Shown here: in pieces, positions 1-11,372 of the stretch
Layout of the letters: every line of letters starts with the position of its first letter
How positions within the stretch are numbered: position 1 is the first letter of the stretch
Source: Candidatus Latescibacterota bacterium
GTDB taxonomy: Bacteria > Latescibacterota > UBA2968 > UBA8231
Direction: 5' to 3'
Length of the DNA: 64,000 nt
Assembly: GCA_964291625.2 (NCBI GenBank)
Contig: OZ220089.1
Location: 4,256,001-4,320,000, forward strand
Made by a program: the position numbers and the translations under genes
Notes under the pieces: generated by a model
The model's input: only the letters and a program-made list of their open reading frames with translations
Database searches by the model: none
What the model was told of the DNA's origin: nothing

Positions 1-1
1 G

Positions 2-1123
2 TGGTGCAACGCGCGGAGCGGCAAGTACACCTCCCTGAGCCTGCCGCGGCGGATCGACGACCGGCCCCTGGCGCGGGTCGAGGTGGTCGACATGAGGCGG
101 GAGCCCTTCCAGGGACGGCAGCGCACCCTGTTCTCCAAGGCCCTGCGCCTCAAGATCCGCGAGCGCCTCGAGCGCGGCGAGCAGATCGTGCTCCTCCAGA
201 ACCGGCGCGGGTTCTCACCCGTCGTGCAGTGCGCCAGCTGCGGCGAGGCCGTCGCCTGCGGCCGGTGCCAGGTCTCCCTCACCTACCACCGCCGCCAGGG
301 CGAGGGCCTGCGCTGCCACTACTGCGACTACCGCACTCCCGTACCCGGCCAGTGCCCGTCCTGCGGCAGCGCCGAGGTCAGACTGACCGGCGCGGGGACC
401 CAGAAGGTGGAGACCGCCCTCGAGGAACAGTTCCCCGGGATCCGCGTCATTCGTATGGACGTGGACACCACGGGATGGAAGGGCGCCCACGACGGCCTGG
501 TCGAGAGATTCCGCCGGCGGGAGGCCGACGTGCTCCTCGGTACGCAGATGGTGGCCAAGGGCCTCGACTTCCCGGAGGTGACCCTCGTCGGCGTGATCTC
601 CGCCGACACCGGCTTCCACCTCCCGGACTTCCGTGCCGCCGAGCGCAGTTTCCAGTTGCTCACGCAGGTGGCGGGACGCTCCGGGCGAGGCTCGAACCGA
701 GGCGAGGTGGTCATCCAGACCCGTCTTCCCGAGGACCCCGTGCTGCTCGCCGCGGCGCGCCAGGACTACGACGCCTTCGCCGAGGGCGAGCTCGTCGAGC
801 GCCAGGCGGCGGGGTTCCCGCCCTTCGGGCGCCTCATCGTCTTCCGCTGGCGGGGCGAATCGGAGGAGGCGGTGAGCCGGGCGGCGGAGCGGGGGACGCG
901 GTTGCTGCAGCAAGCCGGTCCGGCGGGGGTCTCCGTCCTCGGGCCGGCGCCGGCCCCGCTGGCGCGCCTGCGGGGGCGCTACCGCTGGCAGGTCCTGCTC
1001 GCCGGCGCCGGCGGGCGTCAACTGCGGCTCACGGCGGGGTCGGCCCTCGGCCCCATGCGCCGGGAGGCCAGCCGCTGCGACGTCGACCTGGGCGTCGTCG
1101 TCGACCCCCAGTCCACAATGTGA
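2..1123 (+). CDS. priA: Primosomal protein N' (3' part, runs off the left edge)
   Basis: Frame open from base 2. LLQNRRGFSP, four CxxC zinc pairs, GTQMVAKGLDFPEV, AERSFQLLTQVAGRSGR, LGPAPAP. Confidence 0.97.
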   Translation, partial: WCNARSGKYTSLSLPRRIDDRPLARVEVVDMRREPFQGRQRTLFSKALRLKIRERLERGEQIVLLQNRRGFSPVVQCASCGEAVACGRCQVSLTYHRRQGEGLRCHYCDYRTPVPGQCPSCGSAEVRLTGAGTQKVETALEEQFPGIRVIRMDVDTTGWKGAHDGLVERFRRREADVLLGTQMVAKGLDFPEVTLVGVISADTGFHLPDFRAAERSFQLLTQVAGRSGRGSNRGEVVIQTRLPEDPVLLAAARQDYDAFAEGELVERQAAGFPPFGRLIVFRWRGESEEAVSRAAERGTRLLQQAGPAGVSVLGPAPAPLARLRGRYRWQVLLAGAGGRQLRLTAGSALGPMRREASRCDVDLGVVVDPQSTM

Positions 1124-1131
1124 GCCGTCCG

Positions 1132-3345
1132 ATGATCATCCTTCTCCTCCTCGCCCTGCTTCTCAGCTCCCCGGCACGGGCCCGGACATGCGGCGAGGAC
1201 TGGTCGGCCTATACCAGCATGAAGCACATCGAGAAGGTCCTCCTCGACAGCTCCAGCCTCTGGGCGGCGACGAGGGGCGGGGTCCTGCGCTACGACCGTC
1301 TCCGTGGCGAGTACGATCGTCTCACCCGCATCGACGGACTGGCGGGCAACCGCGTCCTGTCCCTGGCCGCCGACGACGAGGGCAACCTCTGGTTCGGCAG
1401 CGATGGCCACGGACTGAGCCGCTACCGCCCGGCCACTTCGGACTTCGACCCGGTCTACCAGGAGTTCCGGGGCTTGGCCATCACCTCGCTCCTCAGCGAG
1501 GGCACGAAGCTCTTCGTCGGCACGAACATCGGCGTCAGCCTCTTCCTGACCGACCGGGAGGAGGTCAAGGAGACGTATCGTCTTCTCGGCCACCTGCCGA
1601 AGGACACGGCCGCCCTGTACATGGCCGTCCTCGACGGCACGCTCTTCGTCGGTACCGAGGTGGGGATCGCCTGGGCCCGGATCGACCACCCGAACCTGCA
1701 GGATCCGGAGAGCTGGCGTTCTGCCGCCCAGGTGGGGGACGTGAGGGGCATCGTCGTCAGTGGCGGGGCCCTCTACGTGGCCAGCCGGCTGGGTGTCCTG
1801 GTCTATGACCCCGAGGAGAACCGCTTCCGCGGGGATTACGGGGAAGCCGTCCGCAGCCTTGGGGCGCGCGGCGGACAGGTTGTGGCTGCCACCGAGGACG
1901 GACGATTGCTGGCGCGGGTGGAGGCGGAGAGGTGGGAGGGACTGGGGACGGGCTCGATCAAGGACATCACCGCCATCAGCGACACCGGCGAGGAGATCCT
2001 CTGGGTCGGCAACACGACGGGGCTGCGCGTCATCGGCGATCGGTCGGTCCACCAGTCCAGTGAGCCGGGATCGAGCCAGTTCTACGAGATCAAGGTCACC
2101 GGAACGGGGGAGCTGTGGGCCACGAGCGTCCCGAATGACCAGCATCGAGCGGTATCGGCCGGCATCTATCGCCTCTCCGAAGGCAACTGGTCGGTCTTCC
2201 ACCGCTGGAACGGCATGCCCAACGACGAGATCGTCGCCGTCGAGACCGACGCCAGGGGACGCGTGTGGGTCGGAAGTTGGGGTGGTGGCGGGCTCATCCG
2301 CGAGGAGGATCGCCAGTGGGAGACGATCTCCACCGAGGAAACGGTGCTGCGGGGCATTCCGAGGAACCCGGAATTCGTGGTCATCAGCGACATCAAGCGG
2401 GACAAGGCGGGCCACATGTGGTTGATCAACACCCTGGTCGGCGTCGCCGTCTTCGACGGCTACCCCCCGGAGCGGGAGTATCTCTTCGATCAGAAGGAGC
2501 TCGGCCTGGCCGCCGACCTCGATCTCTACCGCATGGATGTCGGACCGGAGGGCTTGAAGTGGATCGTCAGCAGGAGGTCCGGCCTCTTTGTCCTCGACGA
2601 CGGGGGCACGCCATTCACCGGCGGCGACGATCGCCTGACGGGGCTCTCCCCGGACCAGATGAGCCGCCTGACCAGCGACCGCCTCTTCGACGTCTTCGTC
2701 AGCCGCGATGGAAGGATCTGGCTTGCGGCAGAGAACGGCGCCAACGTCATCACCCCCGAGTACGACCGCTCCAACGGAGAACTGGCGATCACCTCCTGGC
2801 AGGCCTACGACACGTCCGACGGGTTGCCCTCGGCCGAGATCAACGCTTTCGAGGAGGACGAAGTCGGCAACATCTGGGTCGGCACCGAGGCCGGGCTTGC
2901 ACGGATCGACGCCGGCGGCCGGGTCGACCTCGTCCTCGATAGCGGCAACAGTTGCCTGATCAGCGACCGTGTGAAGGGGCTGCACTACGACAGCGACCGC
3001 GGAGATCTGTGGATCGGCACCCTCGAAGGTCTCAGCCGTCTGCGCCTGAGAACAGGGGACGACCCGACGGAGTTGGCGAGCGTCTATCCGAACCCCTACC
3101 TGACGACCGGGCGCGAGGAGGTATCGATCACCGGGCTCCCCCTCGGGGCCACCCTGCGCATCTACTCGGCCTCCGGAGATCTCGTCGCCACCCGGCGGGG
3201 GGAGGCCGGGCGCGGCACCATCACCTGGGACGGCCTGAACGAGGCCGGGTACCTGGTGGCCGCGGGCGTCTACTACTACGTCGCCGAGAGCGAGTCGGGC
3301 GAGGCGGTCTCCGGCCGCTTCGCCCTGGTGAAGGGGCGCCCTTGA
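1132..3345 (+). CDS. Secreted beta-propeller protein with C-terminal T9SS-CTD/FlgD-Ig-like domain (PorZ-like)
   Basis: Signal peptide MIILLLLALLLSSPARA, repeated GNLWFGS/IWVGT propeller blades, C-terminal VYPNPY...TWDG.N..G..VAAGVYYY. Start may be GTG 1120. Confidence 0.8.
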   Translation: MIILLLLALLLSSPARARTCGEDWSAYTSMKHIEKVLLDSSSLWAATRGGVLRYDRLRGEYDRLTRIDGLAGNRVLSLAADDEGNLWFGSDGHGLSRYRPATSDFDPVYQEFRGLAITSLLSEGTKLFVGTNIGVSLFLTDREEVKETYRLLGHLPKDTAALYMAVLDGTLFVGTEVGIAWARIDHPNLQDPESWRSAAQVGDVRGIVVSGGALYVASRLGVLVYDPEENRFRGDYGEAVRSLGARGGQVVAATEDGRLLARVEAERWEGLGTGSIKDITAISDTGEEILWVGNTTGLRVIGDRSVHQSSEPGSSQFYEIKVTGTGELWATSVPNDQHRAVSAGIYRLSEGNWSVFHRWNGMPNDEIVAVETDARGRVWVGSWGGGGLIREEDRQWETISTEETVLRGIPRNPEFVVISDIKRDKAGHMWLINTLVGVAVFDGYPPEREYLFDQKELGLAADLDLYRMDVGPEGLKWIVSRRSGLFVLDDGGTPFTGGDDRLTGLSPDQMSRLTSDRLFDVFVSRDGRIWLAAENGANVITPEYDRSNGELAITSWQAYDTSDGLPSAEINAFEEDEVGNIWVGTEAGLARIDAGGRVDLVLDSGNSCLISDRVKGLHYDSDRGDLWIGTLEGLSRLRLRTGDDPTELASVYPNPYLTTGREEVSITGLPLGATLRIYSASGDLVATRRGEAGRGTITWDGLNEAGYLVAAGVYYYVAESESGEAVSGRFALVKGRP

Positions 3346-4028
3346 GCGCGGGCCCGGCGGCCACCGCTCTTCGGGGTGCGGTGCTGGCGGCGGCGGTCCT
3401 GGTCCCGGCGGCCCCGGGCCAGGCCGGGGAGACCGACCTCTTCACCATCGCCCGGCTCCAGTACGACGGCGGCGGCGACTGGTACAGCGACCCGTCGTCC
3501 CTGCCCAACCTGCTGGCCTTCCTCGCGCGCCACACGAGACTGCCTGCGGCCTCCTCCGAGGCGCGCGTACGTCTCCTCGACCGCGAGCTCTTCGCCCATC
3601 CCTATCTCTACATGACCGGACACGGCAACGTCTCCTGGACGGCCGAGGAAGCCGCCCGCCTGCGGCGTTACCTCGAGGCGGGCGGCTTCCTCCACGCCGA
3701 CGACAACTACGGCATGGACGAGTCCTTCCGCCGGGAGATGCGCAAGGTCTTCCCCACGAGGGAGTTCGTCGAGCTGCCCGCCGGCCACGACCTGTTCCGC
3801 TGTCACTTCGATTTGTCCGGCGGCCTGCCCAAGGTCCACGAGCACGACGGCCGGCGGCCCCAGGCCCTCGGTCTCTTCGGCGGGGAGCGCCTCCTGGTCC
3901 TCTACACCTACGAGTCCGACCTCGGCGACGGCTGGGAAGACGCTCACGTCCACGGGGATTCCGAGGAGGTGAGACAGCAGGCTCTGCGCATGGGAGCCAA
4001 CATCGTCCTCTACGCTCTCACCCGCTAG
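3342..4028 (+). CDS. DUF4159 domain protein
   Basis: IARLQYDGGGDWY, YMTGHG, GGFLHADDNYG, ESDLGDGWED. TTG start overlaps the upstream stop. Confidence 0.88.
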   Translation: MSAGPAATALRGAVLAAAVLVPAAPGQAGETDLFTIARLQYDGGGDWYSDPSSLPNLLAFLARHTRLPAASSEARVRLLDRELFAHPYLYMTGHGNVSWTAEEAARLRRYLEAGGFLHADDNYGMDESFRREMRKVFPTREFVELPAGHDLFRCHFDLSGGLPKVHEHDGRRPQALGLFGGERLLVLYTYESDLGDGWEDAHVHGDSEEVRQQALRMGANIVLYALTR

Positions 4029-4034
4029 CCTGTC

Positions 4035-7000
4035 GTGACCGAAGCCCCGTCACGCGCCCTGCTGCTCGAGCGGCTCCGCCGGCTCCGCCGCCGGCGGCTG
4101 CTCCTCGAGGCCGCCGCGGCTCTGGCGGCGGGCCTGTTCACCGCCGTCGCCGCCGGCGTCCTCGCCGTCGGCCTGGAGGCCCTCCTCTACCTGTCCTCCC
4201 CCTGGAGATGGGGCCTGATCCTGGTCGCCGCCGCGGCCGCCGCGGCCGCCGCGGCGCGCATCCTGTGGCCATGGCGCGGGGGCCTCTCGCTGAGAGCCGC
4301 GGCCCTGACCATCGAGGACCGCGCCCCGGAGCTGTCGCAGCGGCTGATGACGGCCCTGGAGGCGGGCGGTGGCCCGAGAGCGCGGCTCTACTCCTCCGAC
4401 CTGCTCGCCGCGTCGGCCTCGGAGGCGGCCGCCGTCCTCGATCGCCATGGAGCGGCCCGGCTGGTGCCGGCGTCGAGGCTGCGCCGCACCGCCCTGAGGG
4501 GCGCCGCCATCGCCGGTCCGCTCCTCCTCCTCCTCGGTCTCTCGGGAACCGCCGGCGGCGAGGCCCTGCACCGCTGCCTGAACCCGGGGACGGCCTTCGA
4601 GCGCCCGCAGCGCACCCGGCTCCATGTCGAGCCCGGCCACCAGCGGGCGATCCGGGGAGAGGACGTGGCCCTCTCCATCCGGATCGAGGGCGACCTGCCG
4701 CCGGCGCTGCGGGTCCGCCGCCGCGATGTGCGCGACGGCGACTGGGTGGAGGAGGAGGTGATCCTGGAAGCCGGCGCCGACTCCCTGCGCCATCTCTTCG
4801 AGGAGGTGCGCTCCACCTTCGACTTCGAGGTCGCCGCCGGCGACGGCGAGGCCGGCCCCTACCGCGTCACCGTCATCGATCCGCCCGAGGTCACCCGCTT
4901 GAGTCTGCGCTACGACTATCCGGAATACAGCGGGCTCCCGGCGCGGGTCGAGGACCAGGGCGGCGACGTGCGCGCCCTCGCCGGGACCGTCGTCGAGTGG
5001 GGGATCCACGCCAGCAAGCCCCTCTCCGCCGCGGCCCTGGTGATCGACGACACCCTGCGCCTGCCGGCCCGGGTGGTCGACGACGGCGCCGTCGTGAGCT
5101 GGACCCTGCCGGCCCCGGAGGACAGCGCCAGGGCCCGCCGCCAGTACTTCGTGGCCCTCACCGACCGCGGCGGGGTCGGCAACCGGGCTCCCATCCGCCA
5201 TGCCCTCCGGGTGCTGCGAGACCAGCCGCCGGAGGTCGTCATCTCCGAGCCCGGTCCCGAGGCCGACCTGCCCGAGAGCCAGCAGGTGCGGGTGCGGGTC
5301 GAGGCCGCCGACGACTTCGGGGTGAGCCGCGTCGACCTCGTCTTCCGCGTCGGCCAGGGTCCCGAGAGGCGCCTGCCCATCCCCGTGGAGGCCGGTCCCC
5401 GGGTGGTGCTCTCCCACCCGTGGGACCTGGCGCCCCTGGAGCTGCTGCCGGAGGACCGGGTGCGCTACCGCGCCGAGGCCTTCGACAACGACGCCGTGGG
5501 CGGGCCCAAGCGGGCGGTGAGCCCCGAGCACGTGCTGCGCTTCCCCTCCCTCTGGGAGTTGTTCGACGAGGTCTCGAGGCAGCAGGAGGAGCGCCTGGAG
5601 TCGCTGGAGGAGGTGGCGGCCGAGGAGGCGGGGGCCCGGGAGTACGTGGAGCGGCTGCGGCGGGAGGTGCTGCGCACCGAGGAGCTCACCTGGGACCAGA
5701 AGCAGGAGCTGGAGAGCGCCCTGGCCGCCGAGGAGGAGCGCGCCCGCGCCGTGGAGGAGGTCGCCCGGCAGATGGCCGGCAGCCTGGAGAAGCTGGAGCA
5801 GGGCGGCGCCGACTCGCGGGACCTGCTCGACAAGCTCGACGAGATCCGCGAGCTGATGGCCGCCGTCGCCTCGCCGGAGCTGCTGGAGGCCCTGCGGGCC
5901 GTGCAGCAGGCGGCCGAGCAGCCCGACGCCGAAGAGCTCGCCGAGGCTCTGAAGCAGTTCGCCCAGGACCAGGAAGCGTTCCAGCAGCGCCTCGACCGGA
6001 CCCTGGACCTGCTCCGGCAGGTGCACGCCGAGCAGCGCCTGCTGGCCGTCGTCGAGCAGGCGGAAGACCTGGAGGAACGCCAGGGGAGGATCAACGAGGC
6101 CCTCGAGCAGAGCTCCGCGGAGGCCGCCCTCGGGGACCAGGCCCTGCAGGACCAGGAGGGGAGGCTGGCCGGCGACACCGACCGCCTGCGCCGGGAGATC
6201 GGCCGGTTGGGGGAGGAACTGAGGGACCTGAGCGCGGCGACCGCGGAGTCCCTGAGCTCCGAGGCCGAAGACATGGAGCACCAGGCCCTGTCGGAGCGCA
6301 TGCGCCGCATGGAGCGACTCCTGGCCTCGGGCCAGCGGCCCCAGGCGGGGAGGATCGGCGCCGGCCTGCAGCAGGATCTGGAGGAGCTGTCCGCGTCCAT
6401 GGGCCAGCTCCGCGAGGAGTTCTTCGGCGGCCAGCGGCAGGAGCTGGCCCGCCTCCTGCGCCGGGCCATGGCCGACCTGGTGGACCTCTCCCGCCGCCAG
6501 GAGGAGCTGGCGCGGGACACCTCGCGCCAGCCGGGGGGTTCCGACGCCGCCCTGGCCGCCGGGCAGCAGGCCCTGGCCCAGGGCGCCGAGCTGGTCACCG
6601 AGGACGTCGCCCGCGCCGGCTCGAGGACGCTGGCCCTGGAGCCTTCCCTGGCCGCTACCCTCGGCGGCGCCCTGCGCCGCATGGAGGAGGCCGCCGGGCG
6701 GCTGGGGCAGCTGGAGAGGGGGCGGGCCGGTCAGCTCCAGACCGAGGCCATGGGTTACCTGAACCAGGCCGCGCAGCAGCTGCGGCGGAGCCTGGACAAC
6801 CTGAGCCAGGCGCGCACGCCCTCCTCCTTCGGCGAGGCCATGGAGCAGCTGATGGCCCTCTCCGAGCAGCAGGCCGCCCTCAACGAGGAGACCCGCCAGG
6901 CGATGCAGCAGGGATCCCGGAACCCTCGCGGGACCGGGGGCCGGATGCCGGCCATGCCGAGACTCGCCGCCGAGCAGCGGCGCCTCCAGCGGGCCCTGGC

Positions 7001-7406
7001 CGAGGTGGAGCGGTCCCTGCGCGGCCAGCGCTCGCTGCAGGAGCGCATCGGCGCCATCCAGCAGGAGATGAAGGAGGTCCTGGCGCGCATGGAGCGGCCC
7101 CGCGCCGACGCCCGCGTCACCGAGGGGCAGGAGCGGGTCCTGCAGCGCCTGCTCGACGCCAGCCGTTCCATCCACTCCCGCGGCTTCGAGAAGCGCCGCC
7201 GCGCGGAACAGGCCGAACAGCGTTCCTTCGCCGGTCCGGGATGGCTGCCGGTCGATCTCGGCCAGCGTCCGGAGGCCTGGCGCGAGGCCATGCGCCGCGC
7301 CCTGGCCGGCGACTATCCCGCCGAGTACCGCGAGCTCATCCGCCGGTACTACGAGAGCGTCTACCAGGACCTGCACCAGGAGGACGGGCCGGAGGCCCTG
7401 CCGTGA
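4035..7406 (+). CDS. DUF4175-like membrane protein with Ig-like region and long coiled coil
   Basis: N-terminal TM helices, D.PP.V and A.DD.G motifs, Q/E-rich coiled coil, C-terminal PAEYRELIRRYY. Confidence 0.8.
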   Translation: MTEAPSRALLLERLRRLRRRRLLLEAAAALAAGLFTAVAAGVLAVGLEALLYLSSPWRWGLILVAAAAAAAAAARILWPWRGGLSLRAAALTIEDRAPELSQRLMTALEAGGGPRARLYSSDLLAASASEAAAVLDRHGAARLVPASRLRRTALRGAAIAGPLLLLLGLSGTAGGEALHRCLNPGTAFERPQRTRLHVEPGHQRAIRGEDVALSIRIEGDLPPALRVRRRDVRDGDWVEEEVILEAGADSLRHLFEEVRSTFDFEVAAGDGEAGPYRVTVIDPPEVTRLSLRYDYPEYSGLPARVEDQGGDVRALAGTVVEWGIHASKPLSAAALVIDDTLRLPARVVDDGAVVSWTLPAPEDSARARRQYFVALTDRGGVGNRAPIRHALRVLRDQPPEVVISEPGPEADLPESQQVRVRVEAADDFGVSRVDLVFRVGQGPERRLPIPVEAGPRVVLSHPWDLAPLELLPEDRVRYRAEAFDNDAVGGPKRAVSPEHVLRFPSLWELFDEVSRQQEERLESLEEVAAEEAGAREYVERLRREVLRTEELTWDQKQELESALAAEEERARAVEEVARQMAGSLEKLEQGGADSRDLLDKLDEIRELMAAVASPELLEALRAVQQAAEQPDAEELAEALKQFAQDQEAFQQRLDRTLDLLRQVHAEQRLLAVVEQAEDLEERQGRINEALEQSSAEAALGDQALQDQEGRLAGDTDRLRREIGRLGEELRDLSAATAESLSSEAEDMEHQALSERMRRMERLLASGQRPQAGRIGAGLQQDLEELSASMGQLREEFFGGQRQELARLLRRAMADLVDLSRRQEELARDTSRQPGGSDAALAAGQQALAQGAELVTEDVARAGSRTLALEPSLAATLGGALRRMEEAAGRLGQLERGRAGQLQTEAMGYLNQAAQQLRRSLDNLSQARTPSSFGEAMEQLMALSEQQAALNEETRQAMQQGSRNPRGTGGRMPAMPRLAAEQRRLQRALAEVERSLRGQRSLQERIGAIQQEMKEVLARMERPRADARVTEGQERVLQRLLDASRSIHSRGFEKRRRAEQAEQRSFAGPGWLPVDLGQRPEAWREAMRRALAGDYPAEYRELIRRYYESVYQDLHQEDGPEALP

Positions 7407-9103
7407 GCCGCGCCGCCGCCCTCGCCGCCGCCCTGCTCTGGCTGCCCGCCGCCGCCGCCGGCCAGGCGTCGTGGCCGCAGATCCACGGCTCCCTCTCCGA
7501 CCTGCGCCAGGCCTCGAGGTTCCAGGAGGCGGCCGAGCTGCTGGCCCGCTGGATCGAGGACCATCCCCGGCATGAGGAGGCTCGCCTGGTCCTGGGCGAG
7601 GTCCTCGCCGAGGCCGGCCGCCCGGCCGAGGCGGTCGAGGTCTGGACCCGGATGCTGGACGAGCTCTCTCCGGACCTCGAGCGCTACCGTTCGGTGAGCG
7701 CGCGCATGGCCGGTCTGGGCCGCGTCGAAGAGGCCCTGGCCGTCCTCCGGGAGGGCTCGGGGCGGGTCGACGGCGACGACCCCTTCCCCTGGGAGCGGGC
7801 GGAGCTGGCCCTGCGGCTGGGCCGCTTCGAGGAGGTCCTGGCGGCGCACCTCGAGTTCCTGCGCCAGCACCCCTGGCGGCTCCCCCTGGTGGAGAACCGC
7901 ATCGCCGACATGGTCCGCGCCGGGTCGGGGGAGGGGCAGGCCCCCGGGGATCCCGGGCAGGGGTACCTGGAGGCCGCCGAGGACGCCCTGGCCCGGGCCG
8001 AAGGCGAGACCCGCGTCCTGGCGGCGCAGCTCGCAGCCTCCGCCTCCCTGGAGACCGGGCGTTCCGGGCGCGGCGTGCGGGCCCTGGGGCGGGCCCTCCC
8101 CGAAGAGGGGGCCCTGCAGGCCCTCTACTCCTTCGCCTCCCGCTGCGAGGCCCGCGGCGATGCCGCCGCCGCCGCCGAGGCGTATGCCCTGATCGCCGCC
8201 CGCGGAGGTGACTCGGCGCCGCGCTACCGGTCGCTGCTCAAGCAGGCGGAGATGCGCGAGGTCCTCGGCGACGGCGAGGGCGCCGTCGAGCTCTACACGC
8301 GACTGGCCGCCGGCCATCCCCGCCGCGGCGAGGCGGCGGAGGCGCTGCTGCGCGCCGCCCGTCTCCAGGCCGGAGGCCACGGCACGGCGGCGGAGGCGAT
8401 GGAGACCCTGTCCACCCTCGAGGGGCGCGCCGTCAGCCCCGACCTGCAGCGCCGCTGGCTCGGCCTGCGGGCGGAGTGCCACATCCTCCTCGACGACCTG
8501 CCGGCGGCGCGGCGCGAGCTGAGGCGGCTGGCCGCCCTCGACGGAGGACGCGCCGAGGCCGCCTACCACCTGGGGCTCGTGGCCTTCTACCAGGGCGACT
8601 TCGAGCACGCCGGGGCCCTCGTCGACTCGATGGTCACCGCCTCGCCCTCCGATCCGCTGGCCAACGACGCCCTGGCCCTGCTGCTGCTCCTGGAGGAGTT
8701 CGGCCACCAGCCGGAGGCCCTGGCCGTGCTCGCCCGGGCGCGGTTGCGCCAGCGCCAGCGCCGCACGGAGGAGGCCGAGGCGGAGTGGCGGTGGCTGCTC
8801 ACCGAGGCGCCCGCGGCCCTCAGGCAGGCGGTCCGCCTCGAGCGCGCCCGGGGGCTGGAGGACCGCGATCCGGTGCGGGCCCTGGCCCTGTACGTCGAGG
8901 CGGCATCGGCCGCCGGGGACGGCAGCCGCACCTCCGTCACCGCCTCCATGGGACGGGCGCGGGTGCTGGAGGGCCTCGGCGAGGCGGGGGAGGCCCTCAA
9001 GCTCTACGAGCAGACGCTGCTGGCCTCGCCCGAGGACTCGCGGGCCCCGGAGATCCGGCGCCGCATCGAGGAGTTGCGGCGGCTTCTGGAGCCCAGTGGA
9101 TGA
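7403..9103 (+). CDS. Secreted tetratricopeptide-repeat protein
   Basis: GTGA overlap, signal peptide, TPR-like helices, conserved ANDAL motif. Confidence 0.78.
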   Translation: MSRAAALAAALLWLPAAAAGQASWPQIHGSLSDLRQASRFQEAAELLARWIEDHPRHEEARLVLGEVLAEAGRPAEAVEVWTRMLDELSPDLERYRSVSARMAGLGRVEEALAVLREGSGRVDGDDPFPWERAELALRLGRFEEVLAAHLEFLRQHPWRLPLVENRIADMVRAGSGEGQAPGDPGQGYLEAAEDALARAEGETRVLAAQLAASASLETGRSGRGVRALGRALPEEGALQALYSFASRCEARGDAAAAAEAYALIAARGGDSAPRYRSLLKQAEMREVLGDGEGAVELYTRLAAGHPRRGEAAEALLRAARLQAGGHGTAAEAMETLSTLEGRAVSPDLQRRWLGLRAECHILLDDLPAARRELRRLAALDGGRAEAAYHLGLVAFYQGDFEHAGALVDSMVTASPSDPLANDALALLLLLEEFGHQPEALAVLARARLRQRQRRTEEAEAEWRWLLTEAPAALRQAVRLERARGLEDRDPVRALALYVEAASAAGDGSRTSVTASMGRARVLEGLGEAGEALKLYEQTLLASPEDSRAPEIRRRIEELRRLLEPSG

Positions 9104-10365
9104 AGGGCCTCCTCCGCCTGGCGTGCGCCCTGTGGCTGCTGTCCTCGGCCCCTGGCGGGGCCGAGCGGCTGCTGGTGCCCATGGACCTGACCCAGCAGCA
9201 GCACCTCAAGGCCTACGGACTCGCGTTCTGGGTCCTCGAGCGCGGCATCGACGTGGAGTGGCTCCTCAACTACCGCGGCGGCTCCTTCGCCGTCGAGGCC
9301 CACGACCTGATCTCCCGCGAGGCGCGCATCCGGGGGGTCACGGTGCAGACGATCTCCGAGGCCGACATGGCCCGGATCCACTCCGAGATCGAGGGCGCCA
9401 ACATGGATGTGGTGCGGCTGGAGAAGGCCCCGCGCATCGCCGTATACACCCCTCCCAACAAGCAGCCCTGGGACGATGCCGTGACCCTGGCCCTGGAGTT
9501 CGCCGGCATCGACTACGAGAAGCTGTGGGACGAGGAGGTGCTGGCCGGACGCCTCGAGGACTTCGACTGGCTGCACCTGCACCACGAGGACTTCACCGGC
9601 CAGTACGGCAAGTTCTGGGCCAGCTTCCGCAACCAGGCCTGGTACCGCGACCAGCAGCGGCTCTACGAAGCCCAGGCGCGCAGCCTGGGCTTCGCCAAGG
9701 TGTCGGAGCAGAAGAAGGCGGTGGCCCGCCGCATCCGCGAGTACGTCGCCGGCGGCGGCTTCCTCTTCGCCATGTGCTCGGCCACCGACACCTTCGACAT
9801 CGCCCTCGCCTCCGACGGCGTCGACCTGGCCCACTCCGTCTTCGACGGCGACGGCATCGACCCCGACGGCCAGGGGCGCCTCGACTACAGCCGGTGCGTC
9901 GCCTTCGAGGACTTCACCGTCGTCACCGATCCCATCGTCTACGAGCACTCCGACATCGACACCACACCGAGGGACGCGCGCCTGATCCGCACTCCCGAGG
10001 CCGAGTACTTCACCCTCTTCGAGTTCTCCGCGCGCCACGACCCGGTGCCGACGATGCTCACCCAGTGCCACACGAGCGTCGTCGACGGCTTCCTCGGCCA
10101 GACCACCGCCTTCCACCGGCACCTGATCAAGGACCACGTGGTCGTCCTGGCCGAGGTGGAGGGCACCGACATCGTCAAGTACATCCACGCCCAGGTGGGG
10201 CGCGGCACGGTCACCTTCTACGGCGGCCACGACCCCGAGGACCACAAGCACCACGTGGGCGACCCCCCGACGCAGCTCTCCCTCCATCCCACATCCCCGG
10301 GCTACCGGCTGATCCTGAACAACGTCCTCTTTCCGGCGGCCCGGAAGAAGCAGCGCAAGACGTGA
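9100..10365 (+). CDS. Conserved secreted protein with class I glutamine-amidotransferase-like fold (family often labelled asparagine synthetase B)
   Basis: HLKAYG, WLLNYRGGSF, WLHLHHEDFTGQYGKF, GGFLFAMCSATD, GGHDPED, SPGYRLILNN. Confidence 0.82.
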   Translation: MKGLLRLACALWLLSSAPGGAERLLVPMDLTQQQHLKAYGLAFWVLERGIDVEWLLNYRGGSFAVEAHDLISREARIRGVTVQTISEADMARIHSEIEGANMDVVRLEKAPRIAVYTPPNKQPWDDAVTLALEFAGIDYEKLWDEEVLAGRLEDFDWLHLHHEDFTGQYGKFWASFRNQAWYRDQQRLYEAQARSLGFAKVSEQKKAVARRIREYVAGGGFLFAMCSATDTFDIALASDGVDLAHSVFDGDGIDPDGQGRLDYSRCVAFEDFTVVTDPIVYEHSDIDTTPRDARLIRTPEAEYFTLFEFSARHDPVPTMLTQCHTSVVDGFLGQTTAFHRHLIKDHVVVLAEVEGTDIVKYIHAQVGRGTVTFYGGHDPEDHKHHVGDPPTQLSLHPTSPGYRLILNNVLFPAARKKQRKT

Positions 10366-10382
10366 ATTCAAGGAGACCCTGA

Positions 10383-11368
<986 letters not shown>

Positions 11369-11372
<4 letters not shown>

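Noticed and set aside
9100-10365. Asparagine synthetase activity
   Set aside because: Has a signal peptide and no N-terminal Cys Ntn domain or SGGLDS motif; the family name is probably a propagated label.
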